Assembly: GCF_964204645.1 (NCBI RefSeq)
Contig: NC_134025.1
Coordinates: 23,850,299 to 23,914,298, forward strand
Source of the DNA: Tubulanus polymorphus
Lineage: Eukaryota; Animalia; Nemertea
Direction: 5' to 3'
DNA length: 64,000 nucleotides
Both the position numbers and the translations under genes were made by a program. Shown here in pieces: positions 38,918-51,100 of the stretch. The stretch's first letter is position 1. The number at the start of each line of letters is the position of its first letter. A model generated the notes under the pieces. The model saw nothing but the letters and a program-made list of their open reading frames with translations. It searched no databases and was not told the DNA's origin.

Positions 38918-41900
38918 TTAAACGTCCGGTTTCTTCAGGCCAGAAACGACCGGTAGTCTCGCGACTCGAATCCGCGTTTTCGGCAGATGTCCTTTTAACG
39001 TACTAGCTAGTTCTTTCGCGCTTTTCAGCTCGATCGAATTGCTATCCGGCGTCATGAACGGCACCGATTTCGCATCGGCGCCGCTCACTTCATCGTTGTT
39101 TTTCATCGTACACCATTCGAGAAATTTCAAACTTTTCAAATCTTTCACGGCGTTCATGGCATTCGTGTTCATGACAGCAGCCTGACGAAAAAAAAAACGC
39201 GCACAGTTTTAAAATCTTGTAGGCTAAGTAGTTATCATAGAAGTATTAGATCTGATTATGATAAAACGTACTTGTGAGCGTGTATCCGGCCACAACGACA
39301 GGCGCTTCAGATTTGCCATATTGGGTAGAACTTTCGCCAATGTGTCGGGCAGTTGGAAAACCATCAGCTGAAGTTGTTCGAGTCTAACAAAACAATAGAT
39401 AAACAGTTGTGCATCTGTACATACCAGCCAGTGAAAAATCCCCAAAACGGGGGGTTTCTATCAAATTTCATGAACCGATTCAACTTACTGGGTCATCTTC
39501 GACAAACCATCGGCAAGTCCTAAATCCGGATGACAGCCGCCGTTTTCAAGTCGTAACCGCCTCAATTTAGTCAGCTTACCAAGACATTTATACGTCTGGA
39601 AACATTTCAGAGAATGATTTAGTTCAATCAGCATTAATTGTTACATGTAGTTAACTTTGCGTTAAAAACTCAGTTGTACAAAAATCCAGCCATCAGATTA
39701 CCAAATAACTAATCACAACTCAGTAACAGCAGTAACAGTGGTTCCCCACCCCCTCGTTGGGCATTAAAACCCTGTATTCCTCAATATGACCTACAATACC
39801 AATGGCTTTAGATAGGCAGGCGTACATCTTGATGGGAAACATTAGTTTACGACTGGCCTTACTATGAGTAGACAGATCTCTGTCGACCCACAAAGATTAC
39901 AGGCGATTCTCTAGAACTCTGGTTTGTTAGGTACGCCGCACTGCGATTTCATAGTCGTTGCCTGATATCATCATTTGACAGGAATCGGGCCTTGCGATAT
40001 CGTTTAAATTTTATGACGTTATTCATATAGCTAAGAAATACCAACCTCGGCCGTCCAAGAATCGCAGTCACCGACTTCTAATTCCTCTAAATTCGTGAGA
40101 GAAGCGATAAAACCAAACTCGCAAGCGGCGATGTCTTTTAGAGTCGTCATCGACTGAAAAGATCACAAATCACCAATGATAATTTTTGGTTTCGAGAAAC
40201 CTTAACCGCAGGAGTGATGTACAATCCGTAAGAACTTACAAGTTTCCGTAGTTGTTTTAATGCGCTCAGGCGTGTCATACCAGCTGAGACACTGAATGCT
40301 GGCAGCACTAGCCCACATATGCCGCGTAGTCTAAGTTCTTCTAAATGAACGAGTTGGCTAAATTTGCCCATGTCCAGTTTGGTAACAGTCGACCTGAAAT
40401 GAAAACAAAGTATATGCAGTATTTTAGAACAGATTGTTTTAAGAAAATTTACATGCTTACGACGATCGGTTATTGAAAATTAGCTTATTGAGATCGCCCT
40501 CGAGAACTTACCACATCTGAGGCTCCGTGAAAACATCGGTAATCCACTCCGCAGTGAGAACCTTTAAATTTACCAGCTTATCGGATACAGCGTGGAGAAT
40601 ACTCGCTGGACACTGTCCAAAGTGGAAACATTTCAAAAATCGCATTTGCTCAAGAACAGCAGTCATTTGATGCCACGTTCGATTTCTGTCATCGGCATGA
40701 TGAGCACCGCGCAAATCCTGAATTGAAAATAACAGTGGAACCAAACATTTTCTAGAGATGAACATTGTGCGCAGAAAATAAGTCACGTGACCCAGCTAGG
40801 TCGAATTATAGGATTCTGTCATCAGATTACCAAATAACAAATCACGTGCAGTAAATAAAAGTGAACCTCGATCGTACTTGACGATTGGGCATCGACTGCC
40901 CTGTACTCCTCTGATCAAACTTGATTCCATCAACTTCAGCGAACCAAGACGCCCATGTCAGAGGAGGATTTAGTTTACGACTGGCCTTACGATGAGTAGA
41001 CAGATCTCTGTCGACTCACCAAGATTACAGACGATTTGTTTTTACTCTGGTTTATATGAACACAGTACTGCAAGTTCATCAATTAGCCATATCATCATCA
41101 TTTGACAGATTTCCATAAACGACAAAGAAATTAAAATTCTATGAACTATTATTTCACGAAGGCTTAAATCAGTTTCGAGGTCATAGTGAAACTCACCAGA
41201 GTATGAGTCTGCATGCGTTCCAGGAATGAAGATGCAATCGCCCAGTCAGTCACATGGCAATCTTTCAACATCACTGTTTGCCACTGTTGGAAAAACAAAT
41301 AGGTATTCATTACACATAAGTGTCATAACAGCTGAAGCTTCAGGCTATAGATCAATTCTTTTTTTTTCACCAATGAATATATTGATTAAAGCTGTTCACA
41401 TAAAAATTATCATCCATATGCCATCAGTTTACAACGTACTCAAGGACTGATAATTGTAACATCAGAGTAAATCAGCATCTTGATCTCATTATGAACTGAA
41501 TAAAATCTAAGCAAGTAGCATCGAATGATCATTACAATAATCATATAGCATCAGATTTTCAACAGAATAATAACTTACTAATGACGGTTCAAGAGCCACT
41601 CTACGCCAACGCTTACAAACTCTAGTTATCCTATAAACAACATAAAATTCAGGAATAAACATGTGTAATTGATTTTAGTTGTCAGCATCTGTTTTTGTTT
41701 CATTCTTCAACAAGAACGAAGACGTCAGGGTCCCTGGCTATGGATCATTCTTTCCTGGAGGATATAAGGAGTTGGGAGTTTTCAAGGAGTTTAAAGGAGA
41801 AAATCTCAAATTTTGACGAAGCGCCCGTATCACTTTCATATCCCTGTAGAATCCTTTTAAGTCGGTACTGTTTATCTTGGTAAACCCGTAATTTAGTGGT

Positions 41901-44900
41901 TGGGTGAGCAAATTTTTATCCTTAACCCTACCTAAACTTAGTTTCTAATTTGGTAACCATCTAATTGGATAAAAAAGAAAAATCAAGGACTCAACTTTAT
42001 CGATTTAGGGTAGTCTACAACTACAAATAAGAGACAAAAACTCATAATTGCCTATTCCTCAAAATTGAAGGAGTTTGGGCACTTTGTTCAAATTAAAGAA
42101 GTTTCGAGCACCTTTTAAAGCATTTTGCACTTCGAAGGTGATTTTAAGGAATCAACAAGTCGTAGGAACCCCGAACTACGATAAGTTATGTTCCTACCTT
42201 AATAAGTCGGGAATCGACAAGTAGGAAAAGATCTGTAACATGCAGTCGAAACCGCTATCCAATTTATTCACAAAGCATAACGATGGCTTGATATTTTTGT
42301 CGATTATCGGTTGTGACGCTTTACTGTCCGTAGTAGATTTAGATGAATCTATAGTTGAGATACGCGGCGGCGTCGGAGTCACGTGGCTAGTAGGCGCGCT
42401 GCTAACATCCTTAGTAACAACATTGTTAACATCCTTAGGCGTCTTTTCAGAGTTCGACGCAGGTAGCTGACCCGTTAAAATTGTCTTCGGTGCGCTCTTC
42501 AACGAGGAACTGTTGACCGACAGATCGAAACGCGGCGGCACGCGCACGTTCACGTCGATCGTTTTATTCGACGGCGTCGCCGGCAACGTGTTCGCCGGTA
42601 GAAATATTTTGATACCGTCGCCAGTCTGCACGAAGCACGAAGGGTTTACGGTCAACGCTTGGCCGTTTATTTTCAGAGCGAGCGGCTCGGTAAGATTCAA
42701 TTTCGAGATAACGTGCGATGGCAGTGTCAACAATTGTCCGCCTTTAGTTTCGACCACCGGTTGTTGCGGAGCGCCACCCTTCACTATAGCAATACCCGGT
42801 CGAGTCGAGCCTTTGAGATTCCCCGCAGCTCGTTGTAGAGGCGGCGGTCCGGCGATATTCTGCGTGTGTTTCACCTGCGCTACAGGTGTCATCGGTCGCA
42901 ATTTAGGCAACGGTGGCAATATTTGACGAACCACCGAAATCGGGTTGGTTTTAGGTTGTAGCTTCGGTAATCCAAGCGTTTTCGGTGAAATAATTGGCGC
43001 CGTCGTTTTCGACTTCTCCAATAGGCATTTCTGAAATCAGATATGTCAATATGTAAGTCTTAAGGAACTCAGAACAGACACGACCAAAACAATAGTTATT
43101 TTCATTTTATCATTAGCGTGCTACGGTCAGACTAGGCGAATTTCTTCGATGAATAATTCACTGTATATTTCGCCTGCGAGACGAATTCAGTGCGACAACT
43201 GATTTTTCACCCAATAACTCGGTTTTCACGACACTGATTGGGTAAAATAATTCAGGTCTCAACTATATTCATTTCTAGACATAGTCTACTACTGTACAAC
43301 TACTAACATTTCTAATTGCCTATTTCTCAAAATTGACGGAGTTTCAGGCACTTTGCTCAAATAAGAGCAGTTTTAACCACCTTGAAAAGCATTTTCTATT
43401 TGAAGGGAATTTTTACGGAATCAAGGAGTCATTGTAGGGTCCCTGAATATGGCTATAAACGATACGCCGAGTAAATTCGCCTAGTCTATCACGGGATTTA
43501 CCGGGCAAACAAACGACGTCGTTTGCTGTGATGTTTTAGCACATTTCGGGTGATAAAGGCAGAGACAGATAGAACACTGCAGCGACGGAGGAACGTTATC
43601 CATTCCTGGGCATTCCAATGAACACGGTTTCCAATGATCCTCGATCCTGAAATAAGACAAAAAAACATCTTTCTTCACTATAATGTGAATCTACATCATG
43701 TATATGACATCTCAAAATGGAGAACTCTGCATCTTCCGTAATGAATTGATTCTCGATGTTGCGCAAATTTGTTTGACTTACTTAGAATAATGAAGGTATT
43801 TCGTAACTTTTGATGGAATATCCCCGTCTCCGATAGATTCACTCGCCCGTCGTTTCAGAATAAGTCCGCTGGTCGATGATGCTATTTTCTCAGCGCGGCG
43901 CACCGCTTCACTTTTAAACTTCCTATTCGGCGGTAACTTCGGTTTGAATACGCCTTTCGACGAATCTTTCTCGCTCGATTTCGGGGTCTTCACTTTTTCG
44001 TTGGGCGTTTTTACTTTAGCGTTGCCGGTGTGTGTTTTATCGTTCACTTTCTGTCCGGGAGATGTCTTCTTACGCGCTGCCATTAACGGCGAGCTAACTT
44101 TTGATTTTCCCGCATTACGAACCAACTCGAATGGCTCCTTATACACAGGCGCGCGAGCAAATGTAAAGTTTTTCGCGGTTAAAGTTGTATCGTTCGTTTT
44201 GGCCACTAAAATAATGATATAAAGACACAAAAAGTTTGAGAACGTTCAAGAAAAAATCATCACTGTCTAAAGATTTTTTAATACAGCAATACTCACGAAA
44301 TTCATTAACCTGTACCATAGAACGCTGAAAACAAATTGATGGAAATAATCAAATTTGAATCTGTTTTGATTTGTCTGTCTGACATTTTAATGATTACCGG
44401 TATTAGTGAGATTTTTTTTCAATACAGCTGGGTAACTTTTGTGAATAATTATGAAATTTGTAATCAGCTCATAACTGCTGGTCTGTTATGATTTTTTTTT
44501 TTAAAGTAATGTAGGAGGCCAGCTGGATCAACTTTTAAGCTCAGCAGAAATGAGAACAAGGAACCGGGTATCAATTTCATAAAGCCTAAACTCACAAGCT
44601 TCTTTCCATTAGGATTGAAGTAATATGTATCCATTTGTTTCTTGCTGCCATCGTACGCGTTTCGAACAACAATTTCCCTACCCCAACCTGAAATACAGAT
44701 TCAGATCAAAAATCTTAAAACGACGGATCATCGCAGAAAATTCATTAAAATAACAAAACAATAAGTTACCTAACGAAAAAGGTTTTGCAAACGCTTCTAG
44801 CTCTTCTTTAGAAAATTCTTTCTGAACTGAAAATAGATCGAAATAAATTGTTTACGACTGATAAACATAATTCAACAGTTTAGGGGGAATGCAAATCGAA

Positions 44901-45963
44901 TCAAAGGCCCAAGATATAAAACCGTACCTTTATTTTTGAACAGACCAGGTGATTTAAGGTCGACGGGTTTCCCGGAAGCCGTCCGCCGTTTCTTCTTCTT
45001 GTTATTTTTCTTCGGGTGAACGGTGAGCGCGCGGTCGTCCATCGACGGACAATAATCGTCGTCGGAATAGTTATCTTCGCCGATCTCGTCGCCGGGGTCG
45101 TCTTTATCGTCGGTTTCCACGGCGGTGGGTATCACTTTCTGAACGTGTTCGCCCGTCAGCGGACATATTACGTAATCGGCGCCGTCGTCATCGGCGACGA
45201 CGGGGTCTTCGTGTTCGTTATCCGACTTATCGTCCGCAATGTCCTCGTCGTCGACGACCCTCGATACGAATTTCTGTTTGCGCTTTTTCGCGCCCATCAC
45301 TTTCACCTCGTTCGTCTGTTTAGCGGGCTCCGGTACGTCCTCGTCGATAACCATTTTATCGTCGTCGCTATCATCGACGTGTGTATCGTCGTCTTTCAGC
45401 GATGAAGACGGACCGATTTTTATGACTAATTTAGGTTCGTTCTCGGATGTTTCTTCATCGGGTTTCGGGTCGCTATTCTCCTCTTCTACGCTCGTATTGA
45501 CCTCCATTTCTTCAGACGTATCGTGTTCGTTTTCTTTATTATCGTCGTTTTCGTCGACATTCTCTTTACTCAGATCTTGTTCTTTGCTTTCCGGATTTTC
45601 CTCGTCAACTTTTGAGGTTTTCGTCTCATCGTCAACAAGTGTCGCATCGGTCCTTATTTCTGACTTTTCCTCTTCTACATTATTTTTCTCTTCTGTCGAT
45701 GCCTCATTCTCTTCATCTATCTCTTTCATTTGTTCTTTCGATTCGTCATCATTTGAACTTATGCTGCGATCATGTTCGGGTATATCAGAATCCTCTTCTT
45801 TGACGGCTGGCCCATCGTTCTCAAGCTCGTCAGATTTTTCAACGTTTTCCACCTCATCCCCAACATCTTCGAGTTCATCCTCATTTTCGCTGAGATTATC
45901 AGTCGGATTTTCGGATTGAAGAGGTTCAAAGCCCATGAATAACCCATCACCAGGGTTATCCAT
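38918..45963 (-). CDS. MBD-PHD-F-box-LRR protein (~1234 aa; acidic N-terminus)
   Basis: 15 phase-consistent coding exons (3705 nt): 45963-44928, 44826-44770, 44687-44596, 44324-44297, 44205-43782, 43646-43502, 43030-42198, 41630-41579, 41283-41197, 40717-40512, 40393-40240, 40153-40046, 39595-39489, 39383-39272, 39181-38918. MBD: PFSLGWGREIVVRNAYDGSKKQMDTYYFNPNGKKLRSMVQVNEFL..KNFTF. PHD C4HC3: CSLEC..CSIC..HPKC..CPKC. F-box: CMLQIFSYLSIPDLLRITRVCKRWRRVALEPSLW. LRRs: LEELRLRG, LKRLSLWP, LKSLKFLEW. Confidence 0.85.
39687..39981 (-). ncRNA. SCARNA10: U85-like composite box C/D-H/ACA scaRNA, copy 1 (intronic)
   Basis: Sense strand: ctgtcaa-ATGATGA(C)-tatc ... ctgtaATCTT-stem-GTAAggccag-tcgt-AAACTA(H)-hairpin-gaatACAggg ... 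CTGA(D') gtt GTGATT(C') ... tttggtaat-CTGA(D)-tggct. Layout and terminal sequences match U85 as I recall it. The RNA ends ~90 nt upstream of the 3' splice site. Confidence 0.8.
40816..41108 (-). ncRNA. SCARNA10: U85-like composite box C/D-H/ACA scaRNA, copy 2 (intronic)
   Basis: Perfect terminal stem ctgtca/tgacag around ATGATGA...CTGA. Same pocket (ATCTT/GTAA), H box AAACTA, gagtACAggg and D-guide tttggtaat. D' is degenerate (CTGC). Confidence 0.8.
41727..42173. mobile_element. MITE with CAGGGT-type ends; second 3' fragment at 43315-43445
   Basis: Ends cagggtcc / ggaaccccg. The ~130-bp block aattgcctatt.ctcaaaattga.ggagttt...ggaatcaa is repeated at ~42046 and ~43315. Confidence 0.55.
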
Positions 45964-46469
45964 ATTGTAAGTTGATAATTTTCTAAAGCAGCGTCACTTA
46001 TTTAGGATGGAAAATCAAATCTAAAATGAAAACAAAATCTTATTTGGAAGCAGTTTTCGATTTCTTGTGTGGAGTTTTTATGAAAATAAAACTTGATTTA
46101 CACCTCAAGTCAGCTCAAACAGATACACGGATTGTGAAGTCATGGAAATGCCATTTGGAATCGACTGGCACATGCATTAATGCACACTCAGTGCCAGACA
46201 ATCTGCTAAATCAAATCATTTAAATAATAGTCTTCTGTACAGTTTTCATACCTAGAACTATTTCAGTATGCAGTTTGTAGGCATGGACATTCTACAGGCA
46301 ACCATTTTAAGAATCATTTATGTCTATTCAACTTAAAGAAGTTTCCAGGGTTCAAGTGAAAACAGAGGGTCCAAGGGACACCATACCCAGTTGAGGAGTG
46401 GTTTTTAATGTTTAACAACCTGACAATTTCAATATCCGATGCCCCCAATGAACATAAACTGTAACAAAA

Positions 46470-47172
46470 AACCTTGAAAATTACCAAAATCATAGAACAT
46501 GTCATTAATTATAATTTTGCAATTGATTGTGGCAACATAATATGCCTAGATACCAATATATATTTATATGGAAATACTGAGTTATTCGGCAATTCAACGC
46601 CCCCTGGTGACGATACACAAAAACCAATGACCTTGAAACTCACCACAATTATAGGACATGTCATGAGCTATAACTTTGCAATTGATTGTGGTTACAAATT
46701 AAAATATGCAGCGCAGCCTACCAATATAAATAGATTAATTGTATATGATTCAATATACACTCCCTCTCTGGTGGCAAGAACAATATGGAAGATCTCAATT
46801 TTACTGAAAAATGGCAAACCATTAGGAATTACCGGTTGAAAAATCCATGCCAAAATTGACCTTTTTGAAAAAAAAAAAGATTAGAGGATGGCCATTTTGA
46901 GCCTATCGACAATTTTTCTAATGCTGTGGGCTACAACCTTAAGAGTATCTTCAAATATTCCATTGTGTAAAAATGCCGATTTCGGTAAACAACAAAGGCC
47001 GCTTGTTTCCGGCCAGGTCAGCTTTGGAGATGGAAATGTGTCTAGGGTAGATACATATATCGACATCCAGACAATCCACTGAAGCATCTTCCCCTGGATA
47101 CCGTCTATGGATGCACTAAAAGTGAATGCAATAGCCCGCTGGGGCTTTCTTTAGTCCAAAGCGGGTCAAAAA
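46470..47172 (+). mobile_element. Helentron/HINE-like non-autonomous element with ~158-bp internal tandem units; related copy at ~48400-48822
   Basis: Unit ...atgtcat...tttgcaattgattg occurs at ~46500, ~46660 and ~48465. 3' end aaagtgaatgcaatag-cccgct...agcggg-tcaaaaa, echoed by aaagtgactgcaataacc...gtgggctaaaaa at ~48773-48822. Confidence 0.5.
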
Positions 47173-47923
47173 TGACTTTCTAATTCTAGTGAACATGCAT
47201 CTTAAAACAAATAAGCAATTATCCTAACTTGAATCGTCGCAACAAACAACTTGGGTTGTGTTTGAAGAGGAAGCCGTGATCCTGGCCAAACAAAATCATA
47301 TCATCGAAACAGTTCGTAATTTCTATCAACAATTGAGTGACTCGCCGACGACTCACAAACATTATTACCCAAGACGCCCCCTACCCAATGTCCAAATATC
47401 GATCGTGATCACAAATCCATTGATCGTTGATACTGAATTGGATGATCTATTCTATCGATCATAGGCCTAGGGTATCACTATATTTCCCAGGCGGAGCGGC
47501 GATTACTTTATTCGTACCGAAATTGAATAAAATTGCTCATCGCCGTCCGCCATATTTTCATCGAACGGCTCATACTGATTGAATCGCTAAGTCGAAAAAT
47601 GCTGCATACCAATTACTAAAACATTTACTTGATAGGAGTAAAAACATGATAACCTGCCTCAACAACCAAAATGGCTTCCTCTCGTTAAATGGACGGGTTC
47701 CCGCTGGTTGTAGAGAAAGGAGGGAAACATAAAACAAGACCTTTTAAACGAATTTAACCGCTCGTATTCTTATTCGACAGACCATCTGAATGATCAATAC
47801 ACATCGTAAATACCAGTTAAATAAAATAACATACCTGACAGAGACAGAAAATGATCCTAAACGCTCTTAAATGATCAAAAACTACGTGAGGACTCCAGCC
47901 ATTCACAGAAAACGGCACCCGCA

Positions 47924-48014
47924 GGCCGGATCTAGGCGGCAGCACTAGCCGGTAGAGAAGTGACCATCGCGGGCTCTGCGCGCCGGGTTCGAAACCGGCC
48001 ATGCACACTCTTTT
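47924..48014 (+). other. GC-rich tRNA-like / Pol III B-box element (SINE head or small ncRNA)
   Basis: GGGTTCGAAACC B box in a gccgg..ccggc hairpin, 5' ggccgg complementary to 3' ccggcc, then TTTT. No complete cloverleaf. Confidence 0.35.
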
Positions 48015-48179
48015 CATAATCCACAAAACAATCCATGATACAGATAATCAGATACACGATCATAGATAAGAATCAAGCCGTAAAAATATTTTGTAAATAA
48101 TAATTTATTAATCATAGAAAATCACACAGTCACAGTAGTATCACAACTATATAAAATACGAGACAGCTTCGAAAAATAT

Positions 48180-51100
48180 TCATGTAGGGGATTGAAGATA
48201 TTTCGGTGGTGGGAACGCAATTTGTGCATCTCCATGTGAGTTCCATATCTTGTAATCAGAGACAGCATATTCTCGGACTAAAAGATTACAAAAAATGCTG
48301 CATAAAAATTATGCTTCATCGGGCAGCTTTTGAATCTCTGATACAGAGTAACTAGGAGACATCATGCCCACTTGGTAAAATGCTCGACAATTTTACAATT
48401 TCAATACTCAACACCCCTGGTTTACAGACACCAATGGCATTAAAACTCACCACAACCATACAATGTCATGAGCCACAACTTTGCAATTGATTGTTTAAAG
48501 AGCAGAAGTTTATACTTATCTTAAAAGATATACTTATCTTACTTCCTGACAAAAGAAATTTGCTTAGGGGGATGAGTGATCTAGCACCTAAAGCATTCCC
48601 TTGGATCTGCACTTGAAATGTCCATCATGATTCTGATCAGGCAAGTTTTTTTAGCTGGAGGTGTGTCTGCGATAGATACATGCATGAACCAAATATCATG
48701 AAAACTCCGAAAACAACTAGATTCCATCTATGGACAAATGTTTGGACAAAGGGACAAATGAATGATGGATGAAAAGTGACTGCAATAACCTACTGAAATT
48801 AAGACCCAAGTGGGCTAAAAAAACAGTTACCTAGAATAAATTTTGCCTTGGTATTCGGTGATATCTGAATTGACTTGGGATCTATGCTACACCCCGAGTA
48901 TGTGTAGTCAGCTATTTTGAAAAAAAGCTGAAAGGAATTTTTTTAAAGTCATTTTAAAGCAAACATGTTTGAGTTTATTATTACGTATTGTATGACTGTA
49001 AATATGAATAAGACTCACTTGAATATAGGAATTTTGTCCCACACAGAAAGGGTCATCTCGGTTATTTTGTTTTTCGATGATATTGTCACCAAAATTTACA
49101 GTTGCCTTCAGCATTATTTCTGGATTTTTGCTGGGAAACTTTTGACCTGGAAATTGACATATACATACATGTGCTCATATTAAAGTATCAGACTCGAACA
49201 ACTCTAAACTATACTGACCAATATTCCAGACGAGGATTTTCCGGTCCGGGGATATCAACAGGTTTCCATGACATGGTGAAGCATCATAATTCAATATGGG
49301 CCCCCTAAATGAGATGACAATAATGATAATAATCAAAATATCATCTTATAAAATTGTTGTTTCTTGCAAAAAATATCACTTCACCTATGAAAGAATGGAA
49401 TTTGTAATTCACAATATTCGAAATTGTTTTTGACATCTTTACTCAACTGCAGTTGAATCAAAACTTCAACAGTGGTCTCACCCTAAAGATAAATTGAACA
49501 TCTAGGTATATAAGCCGACGCATACATTATAACATTTTCTAGATTTCATTACGTAAGAGAAGATTTGTACCTTCATTTGGTAGTAACCTTTGATCGGTAG
49601 CTCAGGAATGCGAGATGCTGTATAATGACAGAGCGTAAATGATTCAACAGGCGGGGTGAATCTGATCTTGTGGAAATTGACAGTTTTCTTCAGATTCATT
49701 GCTGCAATAAAGGTATTTCAATTTTAAAACCATTAAATGCAATTCGTATAAAATTCAAATAAAAACTATGACTGGATGTAATCCAGAGAAGCTGACTGCT
49801 AAATTATTCTGAGCTACATGCCAAGTTTTACCTTTTGAGGTAGTGATACTCTGCGTACCGGTATCAACTCCGATAACGCATGGTCCGGTGATGATATTCT
49901 CCAGTGGGACGCAATTCGATTCTGAACCATGCGCTAATGTCAATGACACATCTGGCGCTACACCTTCCAATTCAGCATGACATGTAATCGTACCGTAGTT
50001 ATCCCATACATCGGGAATAGTCTTACTATCATACTGAAAATGAAATAATGACATTCATTTAACAATCTTATACAGCTGGCTGTTTGTCTGTTATACCATA
50101 CTAAAATCAAAATTCACTAAACAGAGTTTATCTACGTTTCACTATTAAAAACATCACCGACCTGCACTGCTCTTATTGACTCCAATATAACGCAGTGGAT
50201 TGTGTTACGTCCTTTATATGGAACTGGTTTCCAAGCAGGTTGCTAAAATATAATGCGTATATATATTTCTCTAAGAATCTAAAATGACACATGTAAGAAT
50301 ATTTCATGTATTGTTTTTACCTTCTGAGGTGGTGCGGTCGCTGGAGGTTTACCAAAGAGGACAGCTTTTACTGTTGACGGCGTCAAATCAACAGGTGTAC
50401 CAAATGGTGCCGCTTGTCCGAGATAAAAGTGCAGTTCAGCAAATTTTTGTAAAATCTGTACAAACAGATAAATATTCTACCATAAAATCAATAGCATTTT
50501 AGCATGTATAGAGCAAAGTACCGATAAGTGTTGATACATACGGCATTTGCATCTGATGGCAATGAGCCGAGGAGATCAGACATTCCCAGTAATAACGAGA
50601 AACCAGCCGATATTCCTGGACTGGAAATTAATGTTTGAAATCAGAAATTTGGCATTAAGGAATCTGAATGAATTATGCATTTTTTTTTAGATAGGCTAAT
50701 TACATATTGATTATTGGTGGTCGTCCACTTTCTTCAACTAAAGAGAGACAGCAGAAGATGTAGCCATACTATGAAAATAGAAGACATCATTGCAAAGTCA
50801 AAGTGATAATTGAATTTAAATACATGATATAAAGTTGAACCACTGACCTGTTCAATAGCCAACATAGGCCAAAGTTTCCCATGAGGAATTGGAATCTCAA
50901 ACACAGGCTTTCGATCAAATCTCTTACAAGTGTCTCTTGATTCTAGAAACTATAGTAGAGTTACAAATATGATTTAGGATTAAGGATTAAATGTGAATTC
51001 GAAGTTTTAAGAAAAATTCGAACTCCCTTCTACACTCTTACTTTGTCATTCTTTAATCTTTTCAATCCAAGTTCTTCTTGTATATATCCTGATAAGTCAA

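Noticed and set aside
42240-42926. Plus-strand ORFs of 76 and 137 aa
   Set aside because: Antisense to the 833-nt coding exon.
45016-45950. Long plus-strand ORFs (129 aa and 226 aa, Ser-rich)
   Set aside because: Antisense shadows of the Asp/Glu-rich exon of the MBD-F-box gene; no independent domain or splice support.
47915-48001. HDV-like ribozyme on the minus strand (P1 GGCCGGU/ACCGGCU with a G-U first pair)
   Set aside because: P3 does not form (ugg/ucu), there is no GG for P1.1, and no convincing P2.
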